From Thermoplasmata archaeon (GTDB lineage: Archaea; Thermoplasmatota; Thermoplasmata; Lutacidiplasmatales; UBA184), in assembly GCA_038729445.1 (NCBI GenBank), contig JAVYSA010000005.1, positions 1-53,593 on the forward strand: a stretch of 53,593 nucleotides of DNA, written 5' to 3'. The notes beneath the pieces are model-generated. The model worked only from the letters and a program-made list of their open reading frames with translations, searched no databases and had not been told where the DNA came from. Below are positions 17,580 through 28,648 of this stretch, piece after piece; positions within the stretch are counted from its first letter, which is position 1, and each line of letters begins with the position of its first letter. Both the position numbers and the translations under genes were made by a program.

Positions 17580-19616
17580 GTGGATCTCTACACGACGCTC
17601 GACCAGTGGGTCTTCCTGGTCCCTCTCCTCCCCGCGATCGCCTTCGTGGTGATCGGCTCGCTGGGCGAGCGGCTCGCCCGCTGGGAGCACGGGGGATGGG
17701 TTGCCGTGGTCGCCGCCGGCGCCTCGATGGTCCTCGCGATCGCCGTGGCGATCGGGGAGATGGCGAACCCCGGGACCTACGTCGACACCCGCTACACGTG
17801 GATTGCGATCCCGACGACCGGCGGCACCTTCCCGAACGGCTTCAGCCTGGTGATGGGGACCTTGGTCGACCCGATCAGCGCCCTGATGCTGCTCGTGGTG
17901 ACGATCGTCGGGTTCCTCGTGATGCTCTACTCGATCGGCTACATGCACCGCGACGAGGGGCTGCCGCGGTACTACGCGATCCTGTCCCTGTTCCTGACCG
18001 CGATGATCGGCCTCGTGCTGGCCGACAACCTGCTCATGTTCTTCCTCTTCTGGGAGCTGGTCGGGGTCTGCTCGTACTTCCTCATCGGCTTCTACTACGC
18101 CAAGCCGAGCGCCGCGAGCGCGGCGAAGGAGGCGTTCCTCGTGACCCGGGTCGGGGACGTCGCGTTCCTCGCCGGGATCTTCATCTACTTCGCGCTGTTC
18201 GCGACGGCGAATCCGGGCGTCGACGGCGGATGGGCCCACGCGGGGTTCCTCTTCGTGAACGGATCGACGCCGTTCCTCTCGGGGGCGCAGGCCGGGGCGA
18301 ACCAGACCCTCCTCACCATCGCCGGCATCTGCCTGCTCGCCGGCGCGGCCGGCAAGAGCGCCCAGTTCCCGCTCGACAGCTGGTTGCCCGACGCGATGGA
18401 GGGCCCGACGACGGTCAGCGCCCTCATCCACGCCGCGACGATGGTCGCGGCGGGCGTCTACCTCCTCGTGGTCGGCAGCCTCTTCCTCGGCTTCACGCCG
18501 ACCGTGCTGCTCGCGATCGTCGCCGTCGGGGGCTTCACCACCCTCTGGGCGGCCTCGATGGCGGTCGTGCACACCGACATCAAGCGCGTGATCGCCTATT
18601 CGACCGTCAGCCAGCTCGGCTACATGATCCTCGCCGTCGGCGCCGGCTTCGCGATGGTCGGCCTCTACCACCTGTTCACGCACGCGTTCTTCAAGGCCCT
18701 GCTCTTCCTCGCCGCGGGCTCGGTCATCCACGCCGTCGGGACCCAGGACCTGTTCCGGATGGGCGGCCTGGGCAAGAAGATGCGGGTCACCGCCGCGGCG
18801 TTCGTCATCGGGGGCCTCGCGCTCTCGGGGATCCCGCCGTTCGCGGGCTTCTGGAGCAAGGACGACATCCTGGGTTCTCTCTACGGCGAGCTCGGGGCCC
18901 ACCCGGCCTACTGGCCGTTCTTCCTCATGGCCCTGGTCACCGTCTTCCTGACCGCCTACTACATCTTCCGGGTCTACTTCCTCACCTTCTCCGGGGAGCG
19001 GTCCCGGGAACCCGGCCTGAGCGAGCACGCGCATGAGTCCCCGCTCTCCATGCGCATCCCGATGATGGTCCTCTCGGCGTTCGCGGTTGTCGCCGGCCTG
19101 TTCGTCTTCGACCCCTCCTTCGCCTCGCTCTTCCAGCCGGCCCTGGGCGGCGTGCCCTTCCCGGCGTCGCTGCCGATCAACGTCCCCCCGTCGTACGGTC
19201 CGACGGACCTCGTGCTGTCGGCGATCTCCGTGACCCTCGCCGGCCTCGGGATCCTCCTCGCCTGGCGGCTGTGGGGCAACGGCCGGGTCCAGCCGATGCC
19301 CGCGAGCACCGCGGCCCGGCGCCTCCACGCGACGCTCCTCGCCCGCTACCACGTGAAGGCGGCCTACGACCGCTTCGGCCTCGGGATCGTTTACGGAACG
19401 GCCCGGGCGGCGGACTTCGTCGACCGGTATGTGATCGACGGGGTTGTCCACGGGTTCGAGCGGACGTTCGCGGGCCTCAGCCAGCGGATGCGCCGGATCC
19501 AGACGGGGATGGTGAGCGACTACGCCGCCTACGTCGTGGCCGGCCTCATCGCCGTGTTCGTCCTGCTGCTGTTCGTCGCGCCGTACGTCGTGTCGACCTT
19601 CGGAGGAGGGCACTAG
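17580..19616 (+). CDS. nuoL: Complex I-like subunit L
   Basis: YSIGYM, FWELVGVCSYFLIGF, GKSAQFPL..WLPDAMEGPTTVSALIHAATMV, HAFFKALLFL. Confidence 0.96.
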   Translation: MDLYTTLDQWVFLVPLLPAIAFVVIGSLGERLARWEHGGWVAVVAAGASMVLAIAVAIGEMANPGTYVDTRYTWIAIPTTGGTFPNGFSLVMGTLVDPISALMLLVVTIVGFLVMLYSIGYMHRDEGLPRYYAILSLFLTAMIGLVLADNLLMFFLFWELVGVCSYFLIGFYYAKPSAASAAKEAFLVTRVGDVAFLAGIFIYFALFATANPGVDGGWAHAGFLFVNGSTPFLSGAQAGANQTLLTIAGICLLAGAAGKSAQFPLDSWLPDAMEGPTTVSALIHAATMVAAGVYLLVVGSLFLGFTPTVLLAIVAVGGFTTLWAASMAVVHTDIKRVIAYSTVSQLGYMILAVGAGFAMVGLYHLFTHAFFKALLFLAAGSVIHAVGTQDLFRMGGLGKKMRVTAAAFVIGGLALSGIPPFAGFWSKDDILGSLYGELGAHPAYWPFFLMALVTVFLTAYYIFRVYFLTFSGERSREPGLSEHAHESPLSMRIPMMVLSAFAVVAGLFVFDPSFASLFQPALGGVPFPASLPINVPPSYGPTDLVLSAISVTLAGLGILLAWRLWGNGRVQPMPASTAARRLHATLLARYHVKAAYDRFGLGIVYGTARAADFVDRYVIDGVVHGFERTFAGLSQRMRRIQTGMVSDYAAYVVAGLIAVFVLLLFVAPYVVSTFGGGH

Positions 19617-19619
19617 CGC

Positions 19620-21098
19620 ATGGCGCTCCCGTGGATCCCGATCGTCCTGGGGACCCTCGCGGCCGGCACGGTTGCCAGCTTCGCCTCCGCCCGGGCCGCC
19701 CGGTGGGTCGCGCTCGCGACCTCGATCGCGTTCCTGGCGGAGATCGGCGGGATGCTCTACGGCTACCACTGGCCGGGCCTTTCCGCGGGCCTCCTCGGCA
19801 TCCCGCAGTTCGCCTATGCCCAGTCGGTCCCCTGGATCTCCCTCTCCTGGCTGTCGATCTCGTTCACGGTCGGGGTCGACGGCATCTCCCTCGTGCTCAT
19901 CCTCCTGACCGCGGTCCTCCAGATCGCCACCGTCGCCTACAGCTGGAACGAGCCGAAGCGCCCCAACGCGTGGTTCGGCCTGGTCCTCCTGACGTGCCTC
20001 GGGAGCGTCGGGGTCTTCGTCTCCCTGGACATCCTCTTCTTCTTCCTCTTCTGGGAGGCGGTCCTGGTGCCGATGTTCTTCATCATCGGCTACTGGGGCG
20101 GACTCAACCGCCGCTACGCGGCGATCAAGTTCTTCGTCTACACCCACGTCGCCAGCATCGTCATGCTCGTGGGCCTGCTCGCCCTCGTGTTCTACTCGCA
20201 CGCGGCGTCCTTCGACTTCGCGTCCGTCTACGCCGCGAGCCACGGACTGGTCGGCGCGCTGCCGGCGTTCCTGTTCCTGGCCCTCTTCTTCGGCTTCGGA
20301 GTGAAGTTCCCGATCGTCCCGTTCCACACGTGGCTCCCCGACGCGCACGTGGAGGCACCGACCGGAGGCAGCGTGCTCCTCGCCGGCCTCCTCCTGAAGC
20401 TGGGGGCCTACGGGCTCATCCGCTGGGGGGTCGAGCTGCTGCCCAACGGATTTTCGACCGCCGATCCGATCCTCCTGTTCATCGCCCTGCTCTCCATCGT
20501 CTGGGGGGCGACCCTCTCCCTCGCGCAGCGCGACGTCAAGCGGCTGGTCGCCTACAGTTCGATCAACCACATGGGGATCGTCCTCCTGGCGATCGCCCTC
20601 AACTCCGAGGTCGGCCTGGTCGCCGCCCTGCTCCTGATGTTCGCGCACGGCGTCGTCAGCGGGCTGCTCTTCATGGGGGCCGGCAGCCTCCACGAGGCCT
20701 ACGGGACCCGGGACATCCCGACCCTGGGGGGCATCGCGTCGGTCACGCCCCGCCTCGCCACGGCGATCATGATCGGCAGCCTCGCGTCCCTGGGCCTGCC
20801 CGCCCTCATCAGCTTCCCCGCCGAGTTCATGGCGCTCCTCGCGACCTGGAGCGGCATCGGCTACTGGGTCTTCATCCCGCTCGCGTTCCTAGTCGTCACG
20901 GCGGCGTTCTACCTCTGGATGGCCCAGCGGACGCTCTTCGGGCCCCCGCGGGGGATTCCGGGCGCCGTCCGGGACCTCCCCACCCCGGAGGTCGCGGGGA
21001 TGGGGATCCTGATCGCCCTGACGGTCCTCTTCGGGATCCTCCCCGGTCTCCTTGTCGGACTGATCACCCAGTCGCCGATCGGAGTGTGGCCGCATTGA
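19620..21098 (+). CDS. nuoM: Complex I-like subunit M
   Basis: FWEAVLVPMFFIIG.WG, KFPIVPFHTWLPDAHVEAPT, LLKLGAYG, KRLVAYSSINHMG. Confidence 0.96.
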   Translation: MALPWIPIVLGTLAAGTVASFASARAARWVALATSIAFLAEIGGMLYGYHWPGLSAGLLGIPQFAYAQSVPWISLSWLSISFTVGVDGISLVLILLTAVLQIATVAYSWNEPKRPNAWFGLVLLTCLGSVGVFVSLDILFFFLFWEAVLVPMFFIIGYWGGLNRRYAAIKFFVYTHVASIVMLVGLLALVFYSHAASFDFASVYAASHGLVGALPAFLFLALFFGFGVKFPIVPFHTWLPDAHVEAPTGGSVLLAGLLLKLGAYGLIRWGVELLPNGFSTADPILLFIALLSIVWGATLSLAQRDVKRLVAYSSINHMGIVLLAIALNSEVGLVAALLLMFAHGVVSGLLFMGAGSLHEAYGTRDIPTLGGIASVTPRLATAIMIGSLASLGLPALISFPAEFMALLATWSGIGYWVFIPLAFLVVTAAFYLWMAQRTLFGPPRGIPGAVRDLPTPEVAGMGILIALTVLFGILPGLLVGLITQSPIGVWPH

Positions 21099-21129
21099 CC
21101 AGGTTCTGCCGACCGATCGGAGGATCGCC

Positions 21130-22716
21130 ATGACGCTCGCCGCCACGCTGCTGCCGTTCCTGCCCGAGATCATCCTGCTCGCCGGGGCGCTGCTGATCCT
21201 CCTAGTCGACGTCCTGAGGATCCAGCGGACCGAGGCTGTCGGGGGGATCGCCGTCGGAGCGACCCTCGCGGCCGCGGCCGTCGTCCTGGGCGATCTCGGA
21301 TACGCGCCGTTCACCGCCCTCGCGACGATCCCCCCGGGCCAGATCGACGCCGTGCCCGCGATCGGGTCGGCGCCGCTCTTTTGGTTCACCTCCCTCGGCC
21401 TGTTCTTCCAGCTCTTCTTCCTCCTGGCGGCCGTCCTCGTCTGCCTTGCCTCCGTCAGCCGGCCGTCCCGGTCGCCGGGGGCAGCCGTCTTCTTCGCGCT
21501 GGTCCTCCTCTCGACCCTCGGGATGATGCTGGTCGCTGTCGCGAGCGACCTCGTCTTCCTCCTCCTCGCGATCGAGGTCGTCAGCATCCCGACCTACCTT
21601 CTGGTCGGCTACACGCGCCGCGACCCGCGCGCCATGGAGGCGGCGATGAAGTTCTACATCGTCGGCGCGCTCTCGACCGTCCTCTCGTTCTTCGGGGCCT
21701 CCTTCCTCTACGGCGCCTACGGAACCACGAACCTCTTCGTCCTCGCCGGGGGGGTCTCGATCGCCTCCGGCTACGGCCTTCTCGTGATCCTCGGCTACGC
21801 GCTGCTGGTCGCCGGCCTGGCGTTCAAGGTCACCCTCGTGCCGTTCCATGCCTGGGCCGTCGACGTCTACGACGGCGCGCCGGACGAGGTCTCCGCGTTC
21901 CTGGCCGGGGGCACGAAGAAGATCGGCCTGTTCGCCTTCTTCCTGGTCTTCCTGGGGCCGGTCCTGCTCCTCAACCAGGGGATCCAGTTCCAATGGTTCG
22001 CGGGCCTGCCCGCGGTCGACACCGGCCCGGTCTTCCAGGTCGTCCTCAGCGTGCTTGCCGTGGTGACGATGTCGGTCGGCAACGTCCTCGCCCTGATGCA
22101 GACGAACATGAAGCGGATGCTCGCCTATTCCTCGATCAGCCAGGCGGGCTACATGCTCATCGGCATCGCGGTCGGCACTCCGGCCGCCCTGACCGGGGCG
22201 AGCCTCCAGATCGTCGCGCACGTCCTGATGAAGGGAGGGGCCTTCCTCGTCGTCGGCGCGGCGACGGTCCTCGGGGTCGGCCCGCGGATCCGCGACTGGG
22301 CCGGCCTTGGCCTCCGGCGGCCCTACCTCTCGGTCGCCTTCGCAGTCATGCTCCTGGGCCTCGCCGGTGTCCCGCTCACGATCGGCTTCCTCTCGAAGTT
22401 CGTCCTGTTCAGCGCGGCCGTCTCGGCCCAGGGATACTTCGTCTGGCTCGCGGTCGCCGGGCTCCTCAACAGCGCCCTGAGCGTGTTCTACTACGCCCGG
22501 GTCCTCCGGGTCCTGTACTTCGACCGGCCGGAACCCGGCACCGAGGGCGGTTCCCCAGCGGCGCCTCCCGCCCTCGCCGCCGCGGGCCTCGGCTACGGCC
22601 GGGCGATCGCGATCGGCGCGGCCGCGGTCCTCATCGTCGCCCTCGGCGTGGATCCGGCGCCCCTGCTGCAACCGCTCGCCGCGGCCGCGCAGCATTTCTG
22701 GCAGCTGGGGCTCTAG
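21130..22716 (+). CDS. nuoN: Complex I-like subunit N
   Basis: EAAMKFYIVG, FKVTLVPFHAWAVDVYDGAP, KRMLAYSSI, GFLSKF, SVFYYARV. Confidence 0.95.
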   Translation: MTLAATLLPFLPEIILLAGALLILLVDVLRIQRTEAVGGIAVGATLAAAAVVLGDLGYAPFTALATIPPGQIDAVPAIGSAPLFWFTSLGLFFQLFFLLAAVLVCLASVSRPSRSPGAAVFFALVLLSTLGMMLVAVASDLVFLLLAIEVVSIPTYLLVGYTRRDPRAMEAAMKFYIVGALSTVLSFFGASFLYGAYGTTNLFVLAGGVSIASGYGLLVILGYALLVAGLAFKVTLVPFHAWAVDVYDGAPDEVSAFLAGGTKKIGLFAFFLVFLGPVLLLNQGIQFQWFAGLPAVDTGPVFQVVLSVLAVVTMSVGNVLALMQTNMKRMLAYSSISQAGYMLIGIAVGTPAALTGASLQIVAHVLMKGGAFLVVGAATVLGVGPRIRDWAGLGLRRPYLSVAFAVMLLGLAGVPLTIGFLSKFVLFSAAVSAQGYFVWLAVAGLLNSALSVFYYARVLRVLYFDRPEPGTEGGSPAAPPALAAAGLGYGRAIAIGAAAVLIVALGVDPAPLLQPLAAAAQHFWQLGL

Positions 22717-22744
22717 CCCTCGGGGGAAGGGGGGCCCCGGGGCG

Positions 22745-23845
22745 ATGCTCCGCTATGACGTGGTGGTTGTGGGGGCCGGGCCGGCCGGTGCCTCGGCCGC
22801 GCAGGCGGCGGCCGAACGGGGGGCCCGGACCCTGCTGGTCGACCGCCGGAGCGAGATCGGCCATCCGGTCCAGTGCGGGGAGTTCCTTCCGGCCCCCCAT
22901 GAGCTCGCCGACCTGTTCGACGCGGCCGACCTGATCCGCCGGGCCTACCGGATCCCGGCGGAGACGATCCTTCGGGAGACCCGATGGATGGTCTGCGTAT
23001 CCCCCTCCGGCCGCCGGTTCCGGTTTCCGCTCGCGGGGGTCATGGTCTCCCGCCGTGCCTTCGACAAGGCCCTTGCCCACGCGGCAGAGGGGGCGGGCGC
23101 GGAGCTGTGGTTCCCCCGGGGGGTCGCATCCGTGAAGGACGACACGGTCACGTTCGCGGATGGGCAAAGGGTCGGCGCGGAGACGATCGTGGCGGCCGAC
23201 GGACCGACCAGCACGGTGGCCCGGTCGGTCGGGTACCATCTTCCACGCACCCTCTACCGGATGATCACCGCGACGGCCGAGGGGCCGCTGTCGGATGCGA
23301 TCGAGCTCCACTTCGGCCGGATCGCCCCCGGAGGGTACGCCTGGGTCTTTCCCCGTGCCGAGGACCTCAACGTGGGGCTCGGCGTCACCGCGGTCCGCGG
23401 GGGCGAGGGGCTCGACCGGCTGCTCGACCGGTTCGTCGCCGGATGCGGCCTCTCCCCCGTCCGCGAGCGGACCCGGTGGTGGGTCCCCATCGGTCCTCCG
23501 CCGGCCGCTTGGAGCGTCGGGCGCGTCCTGTTCGTGGGCGACGCGGCGAACCTCGTCATGGCGACCAACGGCGGCGGGATCCCGACGGCGCTCCTGAGCG
23601 GCTGGCGGGCCGGCGAGGTCGCCGCCGATCACGTGCGGCACGGGCTGCCGCGGGAGGAGTACGACCGGTCGATGCGGGCGGCGCTCTCTCCCCCCCTCGA
23701 CCGCGGGTTCCGCATCAAGCGGGCGACCGACCGAGTGACATGGTCCAACACGGCACTCGCGCTGGGGATGCGCTATATCGGGGCGCAGGGTCTGGATGCG
23801 GTGATGCGCCTGCGCTGGCCGGCGCGTCTCGGAGGAGGAGCATGA
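22745..23845 (+). CDS. Geranylgeranyl reductase family flavoprotein
   Basis: VGAGPAG, QCGE, ADG, GGYAWVFP (YxWxFP), VGDAA, GGGI. Confidence 0.9.
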   Translation: MLRYDVVVVGAGPAGASAAQAAAERGARTLLVDRRSEIGHPVQCGEFLPAPHELADLFDAADLIRRAYRIPAETILRETRWMVCVSPSGRRFRFPLAGVMVSRRAFDKALAHAAEGAGAELWFPRGVASVKDDTVTFADGQRVGAETIVAADGPTSTVARSVGYHLPRTLYRMITATAEGPLSDAIELHFGRIAPGGYAWVFPRAEDLNVGLGVTAVRGGEGLDRLLDRFVAGCGLSPVRERTRWWVPIGPPPAAWSVGRVLFVGDAANLVMATNGGGIPTALLSGWRAGEVAADHVRHGLPREEYDRSMRAALSPPLDRGFRIKRATDRVTWSNTALALGMRYIGAQGLDAVMRLRWPARLGGGA

Positions 23846-24897
23846 CGAGCGCGACGCCGGGGGAGGCCGCCGAGGCCTCGTTCGAGACGCTCGTCTCGCA
23901 GTCGATCGGCAAGGAGCCGATCGGGACCCTGACCGAGCTCCTGCCGGTCCTTGCCCGGGACCTGGCCGAGATCGACTGGCGCCTCCAGGAGGTCCTCGGG
24001 GCGCGGTACGCCACCCTCACGGAGGCGGCACGCTACGCCTGCTCGACCGGGGGCAAGCGGGTCCGGCCGCTGCTCATGGCGGCCTACGTCCGCGCGCTCG
24101 GCGAGCCGTCGACCCAACGGATCCGCTCGCTCGCCGCGGCCTTCCAGCTGATCCACACCGCGAGCCTCGTCCACGACGACGTGATCGACCATGCGGCGGC
24201 CCGCCGGGGGCGCCCGTCGATGCCGAAGGCCTACGGCCTGCCGCTGTCGATCGTGACGGGGGACTACCTCTTCGTGCGGGCGTTCGAGCTGGCCGCGGAG
24301 TATCCCCGGTCGATCATCCTGCGCTGCGGCGAGGCCTGCGCCGACCTGGTCGAGGGGGAGGTCCTGCAGGAGGTCGGACGGTTCGACCTCTCGATGGGCC
24401 GGGACCACTACTACCGCGTGGTCGAACGGAAGACGGCCGCGATCGTCGCGGCGGCGCTCGGATCGTGCGCGGAGCTCCGGACCGACGAGGCGGACCAGAT
24501 CGGGGCCGCCGAGACGTTCGGCCGCTCGCTGGGGATCGCCTTCCAGATCCGGGACGACCTCCTCGACGTCTTCGGGGACCCCGACCTCATGGGCAAGCCG
24601 CTCTACGCGGACTTCCGCGAGGGGAACCCGACGCTGGTGGCCCTCGAGACCTACGCGCGGCTGGACGGGCGCCGCCAGGCCGAGTTCGAGCGGCTCTTCC
24701 AGCTCCGGCGCAAGCGCGCGCGGCACCTGTTGAGGATGCATGAGCTCGCCCGGGAGGCCGGCGCCGAATCGTCGGTCGCGCTCGAGGCGAAGGCCTGGGC
24801 GGAGCGGGCGGTCCGGGCCCTGGGGGCGCTGCCGAGCGGTCCCTACCGGCTCCTTCTCGAGCGGCTCGCACGGGCCGTCGCCGACCGGTCCGCGTAG
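23842..24897 (+). CDS. Trans-polyprenyl diphosphate synthase (probably long-chain)
   Basis: GGAGG RBS and ATGA overlap; GGKRVRP, HTASLVHDDVID, RRG, GDYL, KTA, FQIRDDLLD, GKP..D.REG. Confidence 0.93.
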   Translation: MTSATPGEAAEASFETLVSQSIGKEPIGTLTELLPVLARDLAEIDWRLQEVLGARYATLTEAARYACSTGGKRVRPLLMAAYVRALGEPSTQRIRSLAAAFQLIHTASLVHDDVIDHAAARRGRPSMPKAYGLPLSIVTGDYLFVRAFELAAEYPRSIILRCGEACADLVEGEVLQEVGRFDLSMGRDHYYRVVERKTAAIVAAALGSCAELRTDEADQIGAAETFGRSLGIAFQIRDDLLDVFGDPDLMGKPLYADFREGNPTLVALETYARLDGRRQAEFERLFQLRRKRARHLLRMHELAREAGAESSVALEAKAWAERAVRALGALPSGPYRLLLERLARAVADRSA

Positions 24898-24979
24898 GGG
24901 TCATCGGGCGGGCGCCGCGGCTTCGGGTGCACGGAAACCTACATACGGCGACCGGGCCGCTGGCCGGTGCGAGAAGGCG

Positions 24980-25435
24980 ATGGGAACGGCGACCTCGGAC
25001 TCCGCCCCCCTCGAGTGGGACCACCTGCCCGAGGAGTACGACCCCCACGCGTTCGTCCCTCGCCGGCCGTTCGGCCTGATCGCGATCTGCGGCGCGATCG
25101 CCTTCGCCTCCATTGTGGTGATCGTCGCCGCGGCCTTCTATCTCATCGGCACCTACCTCGGAGGGTGGTTGCCGGCGGGATCCCTGCCCGCGTCGCTCAC
25201 GATCCTCAACGGCCTGTCCCCCCTCAGCGCGGGGATCCTCCTCGTCTTCGGCGGGGCGATGATCGGGGTCGCGACCGCGCTCTGGCGGCAGGAGACGTGG
25301 GCGTTCTACACCGTCGTGACCGTGCTCGTCGGGGGCATCGCCTACCTGCTCGTGACGGCGACCCTCGGGATCCTCCTGGTGGTGCTCGCGGGCCTGTTTC
25401 TCTACCTCATCGCCGTCCGGCACTACTTCTACTGA
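24980..25435 (+). CDS. Hypothetical membrane protein (about 4 TM)
   Basis: Four hydrophobic segments after RRPFGL; ATG at 24980. Confidence 0.7.
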   Translation: MGTATSDSAPLEWDHLPEEYDPHAFVPRRPFGLIAICGAIAFASIVVIVAAAFYLIGTYLGGWLPAGSLPASLTILNGLSPLSAGILLVFGGAMIGVATALWRQETWAFYTVVTVLVGGIAYLLVTATLGILLVVLAGLFLYLIAVRHYFY

Positions 25436-25505
25436 GCCGGAGGTCCGGATGGCGGCTGCGGGTCGAACCGGCCCCTTATCAATCCGCGCGGGACGCCCGG
25501 CCACC

Positions 25506-27545
25506 GTGGTCCCCGCCCGCACGATCGCCGAGCAGCTCGCCTCGCGCCAGCGGGAGATCTCCGTCGCCGAGTTCTTCGAGAGGAACCGACAGATCCTCGG
25601 GTTCGACAACCCGCAGCGGGCCCTCCTGACCACGGTCAAGGAGGCGGTCGACAACAGCCTCGACGCGGCGGAGGAGGCAGGAATCCTGCCGGAGCTCTCG
25701 GTGGAGATCGCGCGCGAGGGAGACTCCGGCGACCGCCTCCGCGTCGCCGTGACCGACAACGGCCCGGGGATCCTCCGGCGGGAGGTGCCGAACGTCTTCG
25801 CCCGCCTGCTCTACGGCTCGCGCTTCCATGCCCACCGCCAGTCCCGGGGCCAGCAGGGGATCGGCATCAGCGCCGCGGTCCTGTACGCCGGCCTGACCAC
25901 CGCCCGCCCCGCCCGGATCGTCACGAAGGTGGAGGAGGAGGGGACGGCCCACGAGATGGAGCTCATGATCGACGTCCAGAAGAACCTCCCGCGCGTGCTC
26001 AAGGAGGACGTCCTCCTCTGGGACCGTCCCCACGGGACGCGGGTCGAGCTCGTCCTCAAGGCGAAGTACATCCGGGGCCGGCAGTCCCCCCTCGAGTACC
26101 TGCGGGGAACGGCGATCGTCAATCCGCACGCCCGGATCCTCTTCACGGAGCCGGACGGGACCCGGGTGACCTTCGAGCGGGCGACGCAGGAGATGCCCCC
26201 GATCCCACGGGAGACGCCGCCCCACCCCTACGGCCTCGAGCTCGGTGAGCTCGGCAGCTTCCTCAAGGCCTCCCGCCGGGCGACGCTCCTCGAGGCGATC
26301 ACGCGGGACTTCTCGGGGGTCAGCCCCCGCGCGGCCCGGGAGATCCTCGCACGGTCCGGCCTCACGCCGTCCGATCCCCCCTCGTCCCTGTCGGGCGAGG
26401 GGCAGGAGCGCCTGCTCCGGGCCCTGCGCGAGGCCCCGCTCCTCCCGCCGTCGACCGAGGGGCTCTCCCCCATCGGCCCGATGCTCATCAAGCGCGGCCT
26501 CCGCAACGTCCTCGGGGAGGTCCGCCCGGAGTTCTTCGCGCCGCCGGTGAGCCGGCCCCCCAAGGTCCGGGGAGGGTTCCCGTTCCTCGTGGAGGTCGGG
26601 CTCGTCTACGGGGGCGGGCTGCCCGCCGACCAGCCGATCCAGCTCCTGCGCTTCGCGAATCGGGTCCCCCTGCTCTTCCAGCAGGGGGCCTGCGCGATCA
26701 CCAACGCCGTCGCCTCGATGGACTGGCGGCGCTACGGGCTCGAGCAGAAGGGGGGTTCGGGCCTTCCGGTCGGTCCGGCGCTGCTCCTGGTCCACGTCGC
26801 CTCGACGAAGATCCCGTTCACGAGCGAGGCGAAGGAGGCGCTCGCCGAGGACCCGGAGCTCGACCGGGAGCTGACCCTTGCCCTCCAGGCGGCGGCCCGC
26901 CACCTTAAGGTCCACATCTCCCGACGGACCCGGAGGGCCTTTGCGCAGGAGAAGTTCGCCATCATCCGCCGGATCCTCCCGCGGCTCGCCGAGAAGACGA
27001 GCCACCTGGTCGACCGGCCGGTGCCGGACCTCACGCCCGTGATCACGCGGATCATGGACGTCGTCTCGCTGGAGCCCGAGCCGGCACCGGCCGAGACGAC
27101 GAAGGGGACGTCGCTGCTCTCGTGGAGCGTCACGAACTACACCCCGCGGCCCCGCGTCCTCGAGGTCTTCCTCGAGATGCCGCCGGACCGGATCCCCCTC
27201 GCCGCATTCGACCCGGCGCCCGACGGCACCGACCTCACCCTCGGACGGGCCTGGTGGACCCTGCCGAGGCTCGGCCCGAGCGAGCGGAGCCGCGTCGCCC
27301 TGCGCCTCCCCGCGACAGCGGACGTGGAGCCGAACGACATCGACTGGTACGTCGCCGGCGTCGACGAGGCGCACCTTCTGGGGGCGGAGCCGCTGCCGGG
27401 CGACTGGGACGTGCGCCTGCCGCGGGCGATCGTCGAGGCCGCGGAGGAAGCGAAGGCGGCGGAGCTGTCCCCGGCGTCCGACGAGGAGGAGGTGGACTAC
27501 GATGCCGCGGAAAGCAGCGCCGGCGTCTCCGAAGACGACGGATGA
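25506..27545 (+). CDS. top6B: DNA topoisomerase VI subunit B
   Basis: [59 protein letters not shown] 25506 follows TTATCA; alternative start 25449. Confidence 0.97.
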   Translation: MVPARTIAEQLASRQREISVAEFFERNRQILGFDNPQRALLTTVKEAVDNSLDAAEEAGILPELSVEIAREGDSGDRLRVAVTDNGPGILRREVPNVFARLLYGSRFHAHRQSRGQQGIGISAAVLYAGLTTARPARIVTKVEEEGTAHEMELMIDVQKNLPRVLKEDVLLWDRPHGTRVELVLKAKYIRGRQSPLEYLRGTAIVNPHARILFTEPDGTRVTFERATQEMPPIPRETPPHPYGLELGELGSFLKASRRATLLEAITRDFSGVSPRAAREILARSGLTPSDPPSSLSGEGQERLLRALREAPLLPPSTEGLSPIGPMLIKRGLRNVLGEVRPEFFAPPVSRPPKVRGGFPFLVEVGLVYGGGLPADQPIQLLRFANRVPLLFQQGACAITNAVASMDWRRYGLEQKGGSGLPVGPALLLVHVASTKIPFTSEAKEALAEDPELDRELTLALQAAARHLKVHISRRTRRAFAQEKFAIIRRILPRLAEKTSHLVDRPVPDLTPVITRIMDVVSLEPEPAPAETTKGTSLLSWSVTNYTPRPRVLEVFLEMPPDRIPLAAFDPAPDGTDLTLGRAWWTLPRLGPSERSRVALRLPATADVEPNDIDWYVAGVDEAHLLGAEPLPGDWDVRLPRAIVEAAEEAKAAELSPASDEEEVDYDAAESSAGVSEDDG

Positions 27546-28638
27546 GGCGGGACCGGGCCGGGCCGACGCGCTCGCCCCGACGCTCGCCCTTGCCGAGCAG
27601 ATCCATGCCCAGCTGACGCGGGGGGAGATCCCCCGCATGCGCCTGCCGCTGCGGACCAAGCAGAACATCGCCTTCCAGATGCGGGAAGGGGTCTGGCGGC
27701 TCGGCAAGGCGATGGGGACGCGCAGCGCCCGCAAGCTCGACGGGGCGCTCATGCTGCTGCGGACCTTCTACCTGGTCGACTTCATCAACGAGATGGCCCG
27801 GGACGGCAAGACGTCGACCCTGCGGGAGCTCTACTACATCAGCGAGGGATGGCAGGAGGCGAAGTTCCACAGCGAGGACGAGTCGAACCTCCTCGTCGAG
27901 GACCTCGAGGTCCTCTGCGAGCGGCTGCGGGAGGACTTCCGCCTCCACCCGGAGGAGAACGGGGCCTCCATCCTCGGGGACCTCACCATCCGCGAACGCA
28001 ACCGCAAGGGCCAGGTCAAGACGATCAACTGCCGGGACGACGTCGGGGACGGCGGCTACGCGCTGCCGTCGAACGTCGAGAAGGAGAAGATCGAGCTCGT
28101 GTCGACGGGGGCGAAGTTCATCATCGCCATCGAGTGCGGCGGCATGGTCGACCGGCTTGCCGAGAACGGCTTCGACGAGCGGCAGAACGCGCTCCTGGTC
28201 CACCTCAAGGGCCAGCCGGCCCGGTCGACGCGGCGCTTCCTCAAGCGGCTCAACGAGGAGCTCCGCCTGCCCGTCATCGTCTTCACCGACGGCGACCCGT
28301 GGTCGTTCCGCATCTACGCCAGCGTCGCCTACGGCGCGATCAAGACGGCGCACATCTCGCAGTACCTCGCCACGCCGAGCGCCGAGTTCCTGGGGGTGAC
28401 CGCCTCGGACATCGAGAACTACGACCTCCCGAGCGACCGCCTCTCCGACCAGGACGTCCGGGCGCTGCAGGCGGAGCTCACGGATCCCCGGTTCGCCACG
28501 GCCGAATGGCACAGCGAGATCGAGCTGATGCTCAAGAACGGCAAGAAGGCCGAGCAGCAGTCGCTGGCCAAGTACGGCCTCAACTACGTGACCGACCGCT
28601 ACCTTCCCGAGAAGCTGACCGAGATGGGGGTCCTGTAG
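27502..28638 (+). CDS. top6A: DNA topoisomerase VI subunit A
   Basis: TLRELYY (catalytic Tyr), [17 protein letters not shown] (Toprim), KKAEQQ, YLPEKL. Confidence 0.97.
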   Translation: MPRKAAPASPKTTDEAGPGRADALAPTLALAEQIHAQLTRGEIPRMRLPLRTKQNIAFQMREGVWRLGKAMGTRSARKLDGALMLLRTFYLVDFINEMARDGKTSTLRELYYISEGWQEAKFHSEDESNLLVEDLEVLCERLREDFRLHPEENGASILGDLTIRERNRKGQVKTINCRDDVGDGGYALPSNVEKEKIELVSTGAKFIIAIECGGMVDRLAENGFDERQNALLVHLKGQPARSTRRFLKRLNEELRLPVIVFTDGDPWSFRIYASVAYGAIKTAHISQYLATPSAEFLGVTASDIENYDLPSDRLSDQDVRALQAELTDPRFATAEWHSEIELMLKNGKKAEQQSLAKYGLNYVTDRYLPEKLTEMGVL

Positions 28639-28648
28639 GCCCCGCGGC

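Noticed and set aside
17532-20693. 1053-aa minus-strand ORF and similar long ORFs opposite nuo, top6 and suc genes
   Set aside because: Antisense frames of well-supported genes.
12203-22716. Possible membrane-bound [NiFe] hydrogenase
   Set aside because: Subunit D has no complete CxxC pairs, keeps quinone-site residues, and no maturation genes are present.
25455-25475. TCGAACC/GGTTCGA T-loop-like strings here and inside several CDSs
   Set aside because: No cloverleaf can be built around them.
25506-28638. Inteins in Top6, primase or FEN1
   Set aside because: Lengths are normal and no intein junction motifs were seen.
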